Origin: an uncultured bacterium
Lineage (GTDB): Bacteria; Hydrogenedentota; Hydrogenedentia; Hydrogenedentales; JAEUWI01
Direction of reading: 5' to 3'
NCBI GenBank assembly: GCA_963977445.1
Contig: CAXBPH010000012.1
Location: 1-46,639, forward strand
DNA length: 46,639 nucleotides
The notes beneath the pieces were generated by a model. The model ran no database searches, was not told the origin of the DNA, and worked only from the letters and a program-made list of their open reading frames with translations. This document shows, piece by piece, positions 1 to 8,354 of this stretch. The stretch's first letter is position 1; every line of letters begins with the position of its first letter. The translations under genes and the position numbers were made by a program.

Positions 1-91
1 CGGCCCCGAGCCGCAGCCCTCCTGCCAGCAGAAAATCTTTCCAGTCTGGCGCGCCGTTTCGCCTATGTCCGGGCCTAGGTAAGCGGAACAT
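1..91 (-). CDS. Probable N-terminus of phosphate ABC permease (PstC-like), runs off the window edge
   Basis: ATG at 91 overlaps the pstS 3' end. It reads MFRLPRPGHRRNGAPDWKDFLLAGGLRLGA with no stop to position 1. The call rests on position after pstS. Confidence 0.4.
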   Translation of the reverse strand, partial: MFRLPRPGHRRNGAPDWKDFLLAGGLRLGA

Positions 92-929
92 AGTAAAGGC
101 CGGTGATCAGGTCGTTCACGGCAGCGGACTGGGCGAAATCGATAAACTTGCGGGCCACGGCACCCGGCGCGCCTCTCGTGACCAGATTCAACGGGCGGGA
201 CAGCGGATACGTCCCATTCTTGAGGTTTTCCGTGGAAGGGGTTACGCCCCCGAGTGGCAGCAACTTGATCGGTACCCCATCCAGGGCAGCGAATTCCGCA
301 GCGCCGATACTGACATAGCCGATCGCGTCGGGATTGGTGGATACGGTCTTGATTCCCTGTTCATTGTCCCCGATGACCACCGACGCCTGGATTTCGTCGC
401 TCTTGAGTCCGTAGTAGGCCAGGAACAATTCCAGCGTCGAACGGCCCTCCGCCTTGTTGACCACGGTGATGGTAGAATCGTCGCCACCGACCCCGCTCCA
501 CCGTGAAGTTTCCCCGCGATAGATCGAACGCACCTGAGCGTCGGTGAGAGATTCGATCGGGTTGGTGGCGTGGAGAATCACGCATATGCCGTCGAGCGCA
601 ATCGAGTGGGCCGTCAAATCCGCTTCATCGGCCTTCAACGCGCGAGAAACCATGCCGATGGTGGCGGTTCCGGCGCGCGCGTCGGCGATTCCACGCGACG
701 ACCCGCCGGTTTGGACGTCCACGCGGATGCCGGGATGGACCGCCTCAAAGCGCTGTCCAATTTCTTGGGCGAGAGGCGCGACGGTGCTGGAACCAGTCAA
801 TATCAGCTTGCCTGTTTCGCCGGTTCCCTGGCCAGACGTTTCGGATGAAGGCTGCCCGCATCCGGAGAGCACCGCAATGATTAAAAGTAACGTCCCTAAA
901 ACTGCGACACGACGGCTTACATCCAACAT
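75..929 (-). CDS. pstS: Phosphate ABC transporter substrate-binding lipoprotein (PstS-like)
   Basis: Lipobox LSGC; GSSTV, GGSSRG, EGRST and YPLSRPL motifs. RBS GGAGAAGGAG before the ATG at 929. Confidence 0.9.
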   Translation of the reverse strand: MLDVSRRVAVLGTLLLIIAVLSGCGQPSSETSGQGTGETGKLILTGSSTVAPLAQEIGQRFEAVHPGIRVDVQTGGSSRGIADARAGTATIGMVSRALKADEADLTAHSIALDGICVILHATNPIESLTDAQVRSIYRGETSRWSGVGGDDSTITVVNKAEGRSTLELFLAYYGLKSDEIQASVVIGDNEQGIKTVSTNPDAIGYVSIGAAEFAALDGVPIKLLPLGGVTPSTENLKNGTYPLSRPLNLVTRGAPGAVARKFIDFAQSAAVNDLITGLYYVPLT

Positions 930-979
930 TTTTTTCTCCTTCTCCGATGATTTATAGGGCACAGCCCCGTTTCCCGTGA

Positions 980-2032
980 TCAGCAGCACGTGCCGCCGTG
1001 CTCCACGGACGTAACCCCGCCCGGTGTGCAGTCAAAAGGCCCGAAATGACGGGAGCGGTCTCCCTGGACGTCGAAGTAGGTCCCGTATCGAGTGTCTTCG
1101 AGCATGGCAGCGGTGTTACCACATACCAGCATCGGCTTGTCTTTAAGGAAGCGGTGGTGATCGTCCAGCTCAAAGTGGTGCGGACAGTCGGGAATCCCGC
1201 CCCGGTACGTGGCGATTTGACCGTAGTCCTCACAGAGGTCTTCGAGTTCGGGGAGCTTGAAGGCCCGTACCGTGACCGAGTAGAAGTCGATCATCCCGAT
1301 CCGCGTTTCAATCTCCGGTGAATCGATACTGATCGGGCGGCTGGAGCATTCACGGTAGTCGAGGCAGCCCGTCCGGCGCAGCATCCGGCGGAAGTCTTCC
1401 CGGTAGAGCGCTCCCGACAGACATTCCCCGTGCAGCACCGGATCGCGCTGCAATTCCTCCGGCACCCGGCATCCGGAGAAGACGTCTGAGAAGTACAACT
1501 CGCCACCGGGCTTCAAGACGCGGAAGATTTCCGAGAACACGGCCTCTTTCTCCGGAGAGAGATTGAGGACACAGTTGGAAATGACTACGTCTATTGAATT
1601 GTCCTTGATTCCCAGCGCTGCCAGGTCTTCCATATACCCATGCAGGAATTCGACGTTGGGCCGTGTGTATTCGAAGCGTGCCATCTGGGATGGCACATTC
1701 CGGCGCGCCACATCGAGTTGCTCCTCGGTCATGTCTACGCCGATGACGTTTCCCATGGGGCCCACGAGCCGGGAGGCGATAAAGGCGTCCCGTCCGCTGC
1801 CGCATCCCAAATCCAGGACGCTAAGCCCTTCCAGCAGGGGCGGCAGGGGAGAACCACAGCCATAAAAGCGGCTGAGGACCTCGTCGTTGATTTCCCCCAT
1901 GATTTTCTTGATCTGTGGCGTCAGACCGCTATCGATGCTGCAGCACGCGTTGGTTTTCAGATCGGCGGAGCTTTGCAGTATCGCACCGTAGTACGCTTTG
2001 ACATTATCCAGCGTTGTATTGTGCAGGGACAT
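980..2032 (-). CDS. arsM: Arsenite S-adenosylmethionine methyltransferase (ArsM/AS3MT-like)
   Basis: SAM motif VLDLGCGSGRD. Conserved Cys in NACC, YGCG, SNCVLNL and GECL; terminal CC pair. Confidence 0.8.
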   Translation of the reverse strand: MSLHNTTLDNVKAYYGAILQSSADLKTNACCSIDSGLTPQIKKIMGEINDEVLSRFYGCGSPLPPLLEGLSVLDLGCGSGRDAFIASRLVGPMGNVIGVDMTEEQLDVARRNVPSQMARFEYTRPNVEFLHGYMEDLAALGIKDNSIDVVISNCVLNLSPEKEAVFSEIFRVLKPGGELYFSDVFSGCRVPEELQRDPVLHGECLSGALYREDFRRMLRRTGCLDYRECSSRPISIDSPEIETRIGMIDFYSVTVRAFKLPELEDLCEDYGQIATYRGGIPDCPHHFELDDHHRFLKDKPMLVCGNTAAMLEDTRYGTYFDVQGDRSRHFGPFDCTPGGVTSVEHGGTCC

Positions 2033-2046
2033 AGTTGTTTCCTTTA

Positions 2047-3075
2047 TCAATTGGACTCGGATGTGTATATCGTCGTATCGGGGTGGAATGCCTTCCAGGC
2101 GAACCAGAAGGTATGCACCACCTGCGCGCCTTCGGGAATCGAAATAATTTGAACGTGCGTACCGGTATTCCGTGCTTCCAGAATGACTTTTCCACCCCCG
2201 AGCGTATCCTCAACCCGGCCAGAGGCGGCGCCGGAAATCGCGGAAACCGGATAGGCCCGCGTTTCTTTCCCGTTGCGAACGCCCACTACCGGTTCCTTAT
2301 TGAGAAATACATGGTCGTCCGCGCCCTTCACGGGGAACATGAGCTCGTCGCTGTCGAAATAGCGCGCGTAGGGATTTCGTTCATAGTCGCGGGAGTGGTC
2401 CGTTTCGAAAGTGGCGACCGTGCTGTCTGGATGGGTCTCGCTCCACGCCGCGAAGGTTGTTAGTGAAAACGGCAGATGACGCAGGGATTGTCCGACGAGG
2501 GGCCCGCTGATGGCTTCCATGCCCACCTGCGACCAGAGCGCGTCGTCGGTGCGGTCGTAGAGCAACACGTTCGAGTTGTGAAGCAGACCGCTTACCCCGA
2601 ACTCCAACGTTCGATTGTCGATGCGCCGGTCTAGCGCCGATACGGAGTCGCAGAGGGGACAATAGACAATGGCAACCGGTGTATCGCCTACCTGGTCATT
2701 GATAAGTTCGTGCCAATTCAGCAGGCGAATGGGATAGGCCCGCGATTGCCCATCGAATTCCACACCGACCACGCGATCCGACGGGTCGAGCAACGCCATG
2801 TCGGCTACGCCCACGGTTTCGGGTTGGGAGAGGGCTGGAATGCCGTCTTTTCCGGGGCCGCCGCTACGTATTTCATCGACTGGTACCGCCAATTGCGATG
2901 TGTCAAAAAGATCCAGCGCGGCGGCCTTGCCACCGGCATCCGGGCTCGTATTTCCCCCGTCCACTCCGCTAAATGCAAACAGGGGCTTGATCTGATCCCA
3001 GTTGGTGTATAGGGCGACGCCAGATAGAACGATGACAAGCAGGGCGGTATATTTCTTCCCGGTATCCGTACGCAT
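2047..3075 (-). CDS. DUF3179 family membrane-anchored/exported protein
   Basis: N-terminal TM segment; GGPGKDGIPAL, RAYP..WHE..ND, YCPLC, FGVSGLL..SN, LWSQ and FWFAW.AFHPDT motifs. Confidence 0.85.
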   Translation of the reverse strand: MRTDTGKKYTALLVIVLSGVALYTNWDQIKPLFAFSGVDGGNTSPDAGGKAAALDLFDTSQLAVPVDEIRSGGPGKDGIPALSQPETVGVADMALLDPSDRVVGVEFDGQSRAYPIRLLNWHELINDQVGDTPVAIVYCPLCDSVSALDRRIDNRTLEFGVSGLLHNSNVLLYDRTDDALWSQVGMEAISGPLVGQSLRHLPFSLTTFAAWSETHPDSTVATFETDHSRDYERNPYARYFDSDELMFPVKGADDHVFLNKEPVVGVRNGKETRAYPVSAISGAASGRVEDTLGGGKVILEARNTGTHVQIISIPEGAQVVHTFWFAWKAFHPDTTIYTSESN

Positions 3076-3147
3076 TTTCCAAGCTCCTTCGCGTCATGCT
3101 GCCGAAAGAGCAGCGCTTCGTCCCACAATGCATTTGCGGGACTTCTC

Positions 3148-3181
3148 GATAGTGAGTCGTTCAGAAGAGGAAATTATTACA
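3148..3181 (-). promoter_or_regulatory. Putative ECF sigma promoter upstream of the DUF3179-arsM-pstS unit
   Basis: Minus strand reads TGTAAT-N16-CGACTCACTATC. The same architecture occurs at 3901-3934. Confidence 0.7.
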
Positions 3182-3282
3182 GGAATATCAAAATTTCTCG
3201 ATTGGTTCGGTGGCTCAGCCATAAGGGTAAGTGCATCTAAGCCCAATGGCGCATGCCTGTTACGCATAGGCAGGAAAAATGC

Positions 3283-3750
3283 TTACTGAGCTACGCGGCC
3301 GGTTTCTGCGGGGGCCCGTCGGCCAACCACGCCCAAGGTATCCCAGTTCCGCAATAAATATAGGGTGATACAGGCAGCCAGCATGGGCCAGGCAGCAAAA
3401 AACAACAGGTTGTTAAAGGGGTCGAGATACTTTCCGAAGGAGGCAAACGTTGAGATAGCATGCAATAGCAGCACGGTACCGTAACTGAAACGGCGCCAGA
3501 TTCCCCCCAGAAATAGCAACAGCAATAGCAATTCCAGTATGCCGAGTGCCATCAATAGGCCATGGCCCATGCCACCCATCGCATAGAACCCCTCAAACAC
3601 CTTCGCGGAATGGGCTGGATTGATGAATTTATCCAATGTCCACATGAGCATCACCAGAAAAACACCAAGGCGTAGTGATAACAGTGACTGTGCGACCCGG
3701 ATCTGCAATTGCTCGAATGCCGTCGTATCTTCACAAGGGATTGTTTTCAT
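3283..3750 (-). CDS. DoxX-like membrane protein
   Basis: LSLRLGVFLVMLMWTLDKF N-terminal motif, four hydrophobic segments, LFFAAWPML. GGAG RBS before the ATG at 3750. Confidence 0.75.
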   Translation of the reverse strand: MKTIPCEDTTAFEQLQIRVAQSLLSLRLGVFLVMLMWTLDKFINPAHSAKVFEGFYAMGGMGHGLLMALGILELLLLLLFLGGIWRRFSYGTVLLLHAISTFASFGKYLDPFNNLLFFAAWPMLAACITLYLLRNWDTLGVVGRRAPAETGRVAQ

Positions 3751-3900
3751 GGGTGGTTCTCCATTTGATTTAGGGGACGGTAAGACTTTTCCCAGCCACG
3801 TGCAGGAAGGGGCCGCTGCGTAGCCTGGTTGCACCATTTGCCATCTGTTTGCGCGACGTTCCATGAGCCTGGGCACCACGTTCTCACGATGGTGTCTCTG

Positions 3901-3934
3901 GATAGTGAGTCGTACGGGAACCGGAATTCTTACA
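3901..3934 (-). promoter_or_regulatory. Putative ECF sigma promoter upstream of the DoxX gene
   Basis: Minus strand reads TGTAAG-N16-CGACTCACTATC. Confidence 0.7.
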
Positions 3935-3952
3935 AGAAATTGACGGAGGGAG

Positions 3953-4246
3953 TCATTCGGAGGGACGGTGATCGGATTCGGCCTCGCGAAGGATTTGTTT
4001 CAGGCGTTCGCAAGCGTTGGGAGGCAGCTCGGGGCGTGGGGTGCCTGGCAATTTCGATGATTCTCGAAAGCGCTGGTCGAAAAGATACAACAGAGCCTCA
4101 TTCTGCTTTTGGAAACCCTTGCAGGCACGGCACATGAAGATATGAAAGCGCAACTGCATCGTTTCCCCAATCGAAAGGGGGCGGTCCAACTTGGCACAAG
4201 ACAACTCCGCAGCGCGCTTACAGTTTATCATCATCGTTCTTAACAC
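3953..4246 (-). CDS. zf-HC2 (ZAS) soluble anti-sigma factor
   Basis: Cys plus HxxxCxxC (HIFMCRAC), directly downstream of the ECF sigma gene. Confidence 0.85.
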   Translation of the reverse strand: MLRTMMINCKRAAELSCAKLDRPLSIGETMQLRFHIFMCRACKGFQKQNEALLYLFDQRFRESSKLPGTPRPELPPNACERLKQILREAESDHRPSE

Positions 4247-4249
4247 AGG

Positions 4250-4885
4250 TTAACCTTTTGGGGATGGGGGCTGTAAGTCTTGCGCCCGAAACCATTTGAG
4301 CGTCAGACAATGTCTCATTTGTGTCCGTGCCCGGAACAGGATCACATACAAGTTTGTCGCGGAAATCTCCAAGGTCTTACAAATCGTCTCCACATCTTCA
4401 CTTTCGACGACACGAAGCACAAAGGCTTCCCGCGCCCGTTCCGTCATTTGCTCGATACAGCCCTGGAAGATTGCCCAGAATTCTTCCCGCTCCAAAAGCG
4501 ACTCCGGCTGAATCGCTTGCGGATCGGGCCGCTTGATCCAGTTTCCCTTTTCGTCAAAGAGTTCGCCGAGCCAGTCTTCGTGACTTATTGTATCTGCTTC
4601 AGGAATGCCCCGGCTCCGTGAGCGATAATGATCCAATACCTTGTGTCGCAATATTCCCGTAAGCCAGGTACGCTCTGTGGAACGCCCCTGAAAGCTATCT
4701 CTGGACTTTAAGGCAGATAAGAACGTTTCCTGAACGAGGTCCTCCGCGACGTCGGGGCGTCGCACACGTGCCAGCGCGTACCGATAGAGCACGTCACCAT
4801 GCTGGTCGACCCATGTCGAGGGATCGAGCGACGATGGCGTTCCGCAGACGGGAAGGTCATCTTGATGGGCATCTTTCTGGCTCAA
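4250..4885 (-). CDS. ECF sigma-70 factor (Sig70_famx1/ECF13-like)
   Basis: Region 2: AEDLVQETFLSAL...TWLTGILRHK. Region 4: EAFVLR...IC..LEISATNLYVILFRAR. Confidence 0.92.
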   Translation of the reverse strand: MSQKDAHQDDLPVCGTPSSLDPSTWVDQHGDVLYRYALARVRRPDVAEDLVQETFLSALKSRDSFQGRSTERTWLTGILRHKVLDHYRSRSRGIPEADTISHEDWLGELFDEKGNWIKRPDPQAIQPESLLEREEFWAIFQGCIEQMTERAREAFVLRVVESEDVETICKTLEISATNLYVILFRARTQMRHCLTLKWFRAQDLQPPSPKG

Positions 4886-4943
4886 AGAATTTCCCTATTC
4901 ACGTTGCAGTACAAAAAACGATCACGATGTAAAAGTATACTCC

Positions 4944-4970
4944 AAACGTAATCTGCAAATCGTCTTTACA
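4944..4970 (-). promoter_or_regulatory. Putative autoregulatory ECF promoter of the sigma/anti-sigma operon
   Basis: Minus strand reads TGTAAA-N16-CGTTT, with the same spacing as the two downstream copies. Confidence 0.5.
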
Positions 4971-5643
4971 TCCTGGTATCCGGTATGTCACCACGCGTCG
5001 ACCTTATAGACCAAATTTTCGATGAGCTGGCGGATGCCATCCAGGGAGTCATAGATCTTGGCCGTGTGGTTGTGTGGTGAATTCGACGACTTCCACCGTA
5101 TCACAGACAAAGTGATTCCGGGAGGAAGTAGAACAATGAGCGCCTCCAGCGTGGGGTATTGTTCATCCGGCGAACGCCGATAAATGCGTGGCGACGGTTG
5201 GTTCGCTGGGCAGCTTCCTACATGCCAATACTGCCGTACATCGAGTCATAGAGATAATGGGGAGGAGGCACCTTGCTACACCGGTCATGCTATCATGTAT
5301 TGAAAAATCGCAGTGCTGCCAAATCTCCTTGTCCGTAATCCAGACCGAGGCCCATCCAAACCAGCATACTACCACGCACGCCGGTTTTCGTATGAAGGGC
5401 TTTTAGTTGGTCCAGCATGGGGAGCTATTTTCGCTTCGCCGCACGCCAGGCGTACGGTCCAGCGAATCCCAATTCCACGCGGGGATTCGCCGCTTTCGGG
5501 GGCGCGAAGGTACCGATTGCACCCTCCATGTGGAAACCAGTGTTGTTGACGAGAGCGCCCCGTCAACGCCTGATTTGTAGTGTAAACCCAAACAGTTTTG
5601 TAGTACTCGCATTAAAATTACTCAATGTTTTTGGTGTTTTAGA

Positions 5644-5693
5644 CCAGCTTCCCAAGCTGGATGTCGCGGGTTCGAACCCCCTGTCCCGCTCCA
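5644..5693 (+). pseudogene. 3'-half tRNA-Gly(CCC) fragment, probable att site of an integrative element
   Basis: Anticodon arm CCAGC-TTCCCAA-GCTGG, T arm GCGGG-TTCGAAC-CCCCT, acceptor 3' strand ending TCCA. No D arm or 5' acceptor strand upstream (AT-rich sequence instead). Confidence 0.8.
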
Positions 5694-6287
5694 TTTTTAT
5701 TTCTTTTCCGCCCGGGCGTTACGCCTTTTTCCACCCGGAGCAGGGTGTACCGACAGAAGCTCCCCATCGGTATCGATCTATTCTTGGATTCCTTTCTCTC
5801 GCGGGGTAGGGTGGGACGCAACAGCTGTGTGCGCCATGAAGACGATGTAGCGGACTATGAACGCTGTTCTGAGTAATTCGCGCGCAAGCGTTTTAATTCT
5901 AACGCTTAGTTCTTTCGTCAATTCGGTGAGCTCTGTATTCAACCGGAGCGGCTCGAATAATTGCTCCCCATTTTGTGAGGCAATCACCGACCGATTCTGG
6001 TCCGAGACGGCCAGCACCACCCTTCCGTAAGTCGCGAGTTTTGGATGGATCGGACCGCAGTCAGCTATTAGTTGCCAAACTACGGTGGCGGTTTCTATCC
6101 ACTTTTTGCTACTCCGCTTCGTCTACAACCATATTGAGAAAAGGTAGACTACCTCGACGGTCTACTCTATACTGAACGTGCATTCGCCACGCTGGCAGAG
6201 CGTGGGTCGCAACTCGTCCACGGACACGGTCACTACGAATCCGAGAATGCGGCTACTCTCGATCCGTAAACATCCCTTCACACCAAG

Positions 6288-8183
6288 TTGAGCGCCATGC
6301 ACTCCAAAGCTAAGAATGTAAAAAAACCGCTTATACCCCTGGCACTAGGTGCCCTTGGCGTGGTATTCGGCGATATTGGGACAAGCCCGCTGTATACCAT
6401 CAGAGAGGCACTTGGAGGCCCTCACGGTTTCGGCGTTTCCTCGGCCAATGTGCTTGGCGTTCTTTCTCTCGTGTTTTGGGCACTTATTGCCGTGGTAACC
6501 TTGAAGTACGTCATTTTTGTACTCCGTGCCGATAATCATGGGGAAGGCGGCATCCTTTCCCTAATGGCACTTGTGACCGGAAGAACAAACGGTTCTGGAG
6601 CAAAAGAACGTGTGGTACTCGTAGCATTTGGCATTTTTGGCGCTGCGCTACTCTATGGTGACGGCACCATTACACCCGCGATCACGGTGCTCAGCGCTGT
6701 CGAGGGATTGAACGTTGCTACCGACCTTTTTACGCCCTACCTTGTGCCCATAACCATGGGCGTCTTGCTGGGCTTATTCCTCCTACAGCGACGGGGCACT
6801 GCCCGTATTGGCAGATTATTCGGCCCCTTCATCCTGGTATGGTTCTTCGCAATCGGCACGTTTGGTGCCATGGCGATCATAAAAGAACCCGGCGTTTTGA
6901 TGGCGATAAACCCCTTATACGGACTACATTTCTTTGCCGAGAACGGGCCTGGGGGACTCATGGTCTTGGGGGCGATTTTTCTTGCCGTGACCGGTGGAGA
7001 GGCACTCTATGCAGATCTGGGGCATTTCGGGCGCATGCCTATTCGGGTAGGTTGGATGGTCGTGGCCATGCCCGCTCTCTTCCTGAACTATTTTGGCCAG
7101 GGCGCTATTCTCCTGAAATCGCCGGAACAAATTGCCAACCCATTCTTCGCGCTGGTCCCGCCGTCACTCCTTTATCCCATGGTAGCGCTGTCCACTATCG
7201 CGGCCGTTATCGCCTCACAAGCCGTGATTACCGGGGCGTTCTCACTTACGAGTCAGGCCATCATGCTGGGCTTCCTACCCCGAATGCGAATCCTACACAC
7301 GTCTAGTGCACATATCGGACAAATCTACGTGCCCACTATAAACTTTCTACTTATGATTGCAACCATGGGCCTGGTCCTGGGTTTCCGCTCCTCCAGCAAT
7401 CTCGCCGCAGCCTACGGCGTCGCCGTTTCCACCACGATGCTCATCACCACCGTATTGCTGGCCGTCGTCATGCGCGAGCGATGGAACTGGTCGCCCGTAC
7501 GCATTGCGTGCACCATTGGCCCCTTCGCCGTCATCGATATCGCATTCTGGCTATCGACCATGGTGAAAGTACCACATGGCGGATGGTTTCCCCTCGCCGT
7601 GGCACTCATCATCTATACGGTTATGAGTACATGGCGGATCGGGCGGGTGGCCCTTGCCGAGCGGTTTAGGCACCGCACGCCGCCCATCGACAAATTCGTC
7701 GAGTCGGTCTTTCATAGCCCTCCCACGAGAGTGGAAGGCACAGCGGTATACATGTCAAGCGTTCCCAATTTGATCCCGCCCGTGCTCCTGCATAACCTGA
7801 AGTACAACAAGATACTCCATGAAAAAGTCGTCTTCTTATGCATAGTCCCCGAAGAGCGCCCCTATGTGCCACATGGGGAACGGCTTACCGTAAGGGATTT
7901 TGACCACGGCATTATGAATGTCACGGCGCACTTCGGATTTATGGAATCTCCGTGCGTTCCCGATATTGTAGAAATGTTGGGAGAGAAAAATATTCATCTA
8001 GGCGATACAGAAACAGGCTTTTATGTGGGCAGGAAGAACGTCATACTGGGTGAAAAAATGGGATTCTTTCGTTGGCGTATTAAACTTTTCCGAATCATGA
8101 CTCACCTGGCCCAGGCCCCGACGGCGTTCTACAGAATACCTTCGGGACAAGTAGTGGAAATCGGCGTACTCGTCGAATTGTAG
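6288..8183 (+). CDS. kup: Potassium uptake transporter Kup (KUP/HAK/KT)
   Basis: GVVFGDIGTSPLY, ADNHGEGG, YGDGTITPAI, EALYADLGHFG and GQIYVP motifs. Confidence 0.95.
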   Translation: MSAMHSKAKNVKKPLIPLALGALGVVFGDIGTSPLYTIREALGGPHGFGVSSANVLGVLSLVFWALIAVVTLKYVIFVLRADNHGEGGILSLMALVTGRTNGSGAKERVVLVAFGIFGAALLYGDGTITPAITVLSAVEGLNVATDLFTPYLVPITMGVLLGLFLLQRRGTARIGRLFGPFILVWFFAIGTFGAMAIIKEPGVLMAINPLYGLHFFAENGPGGLMVLGAIFLAVTGGEALYADLGHFGRMPIRVGWMVVAMPALFLNYFGQGAILLKSPEQIANPFFALVPPSLLYPMVALSTIAAVIASQAVITGAFSLTSQAIMLGFLPRMRILHTSSAHIGQIYVPTINFLLMIATMGLVLGFRSSSNLAAAYGVAVSTTMLITTVLLAVVMRERWNWSPVRIACTIGPFAVIDIAFWLSTMVKVPHGGWFPLAVALIIYTVMSTWRIGRVALAERFRHRTPPIDKFVESVFHSPPTRVEGTAVYMSSVPNLIPPVLLHNLKYNKILHEKVVFLCIVPEERPYVPHGERLTVRDFDHGIMNVTAHFGFMESPCVPDIVEMLGEKNIHLGDTETGFYVGRKNVILGEKMGFFRWRIKLFRIMTHLAQAPTAFYRIPSGQVVEIGVLVEL

Positions 8184-8354
8184 ATTTTCCACCAAACCCT
8201 TTGATTTAATGCATAGCGCCGGTCGACGTACCATTTCGTGCAAGTGCTCGAATCGGTCATGATTCCGCTGTATAACGGCCCCAAATGCCTGCTCCCGGTA
8301 CACGGGTAGCCAGGAACGGCGTGGTGTATTCAGTATCTCATGGGAGATAGGACA

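Noticed and set aside
2047..3075. Selenocysteine in the DUF3179 protein
   Set aside because: The CxxC is encoded by ordinary Cys codons and there is no in-frame TGA.
3902..3914. TACGACTCACTAT on the minus strand matches the core of the T7 promoter
   Set aside because: It lacks the upstream TAA and the downstream AGGG, there is no vector or phage context, and it is better explained as the ECF -10 region repeated at 3148.
5620..5693. Intact tRNA-Gly gene
   Set aside because: No 5' acceptor strand or D arm, and the T stem has a mismatch. Called as a fragment.
5778..6020. 80-aa ORF faintly like a decayed HATPase C-terminus (VLAVSD...LFEP)
   Set aside because: The G-box glycines are absent; the similarity is too weak to call.
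6030..6290. c-di-AMP (ydaO) riboswitch upstream of kup
   Set aside because: Only a simple hairpin (CCACGCT...AGCGTGG) is visible; the conserved ydaO motifs were not found by eye.
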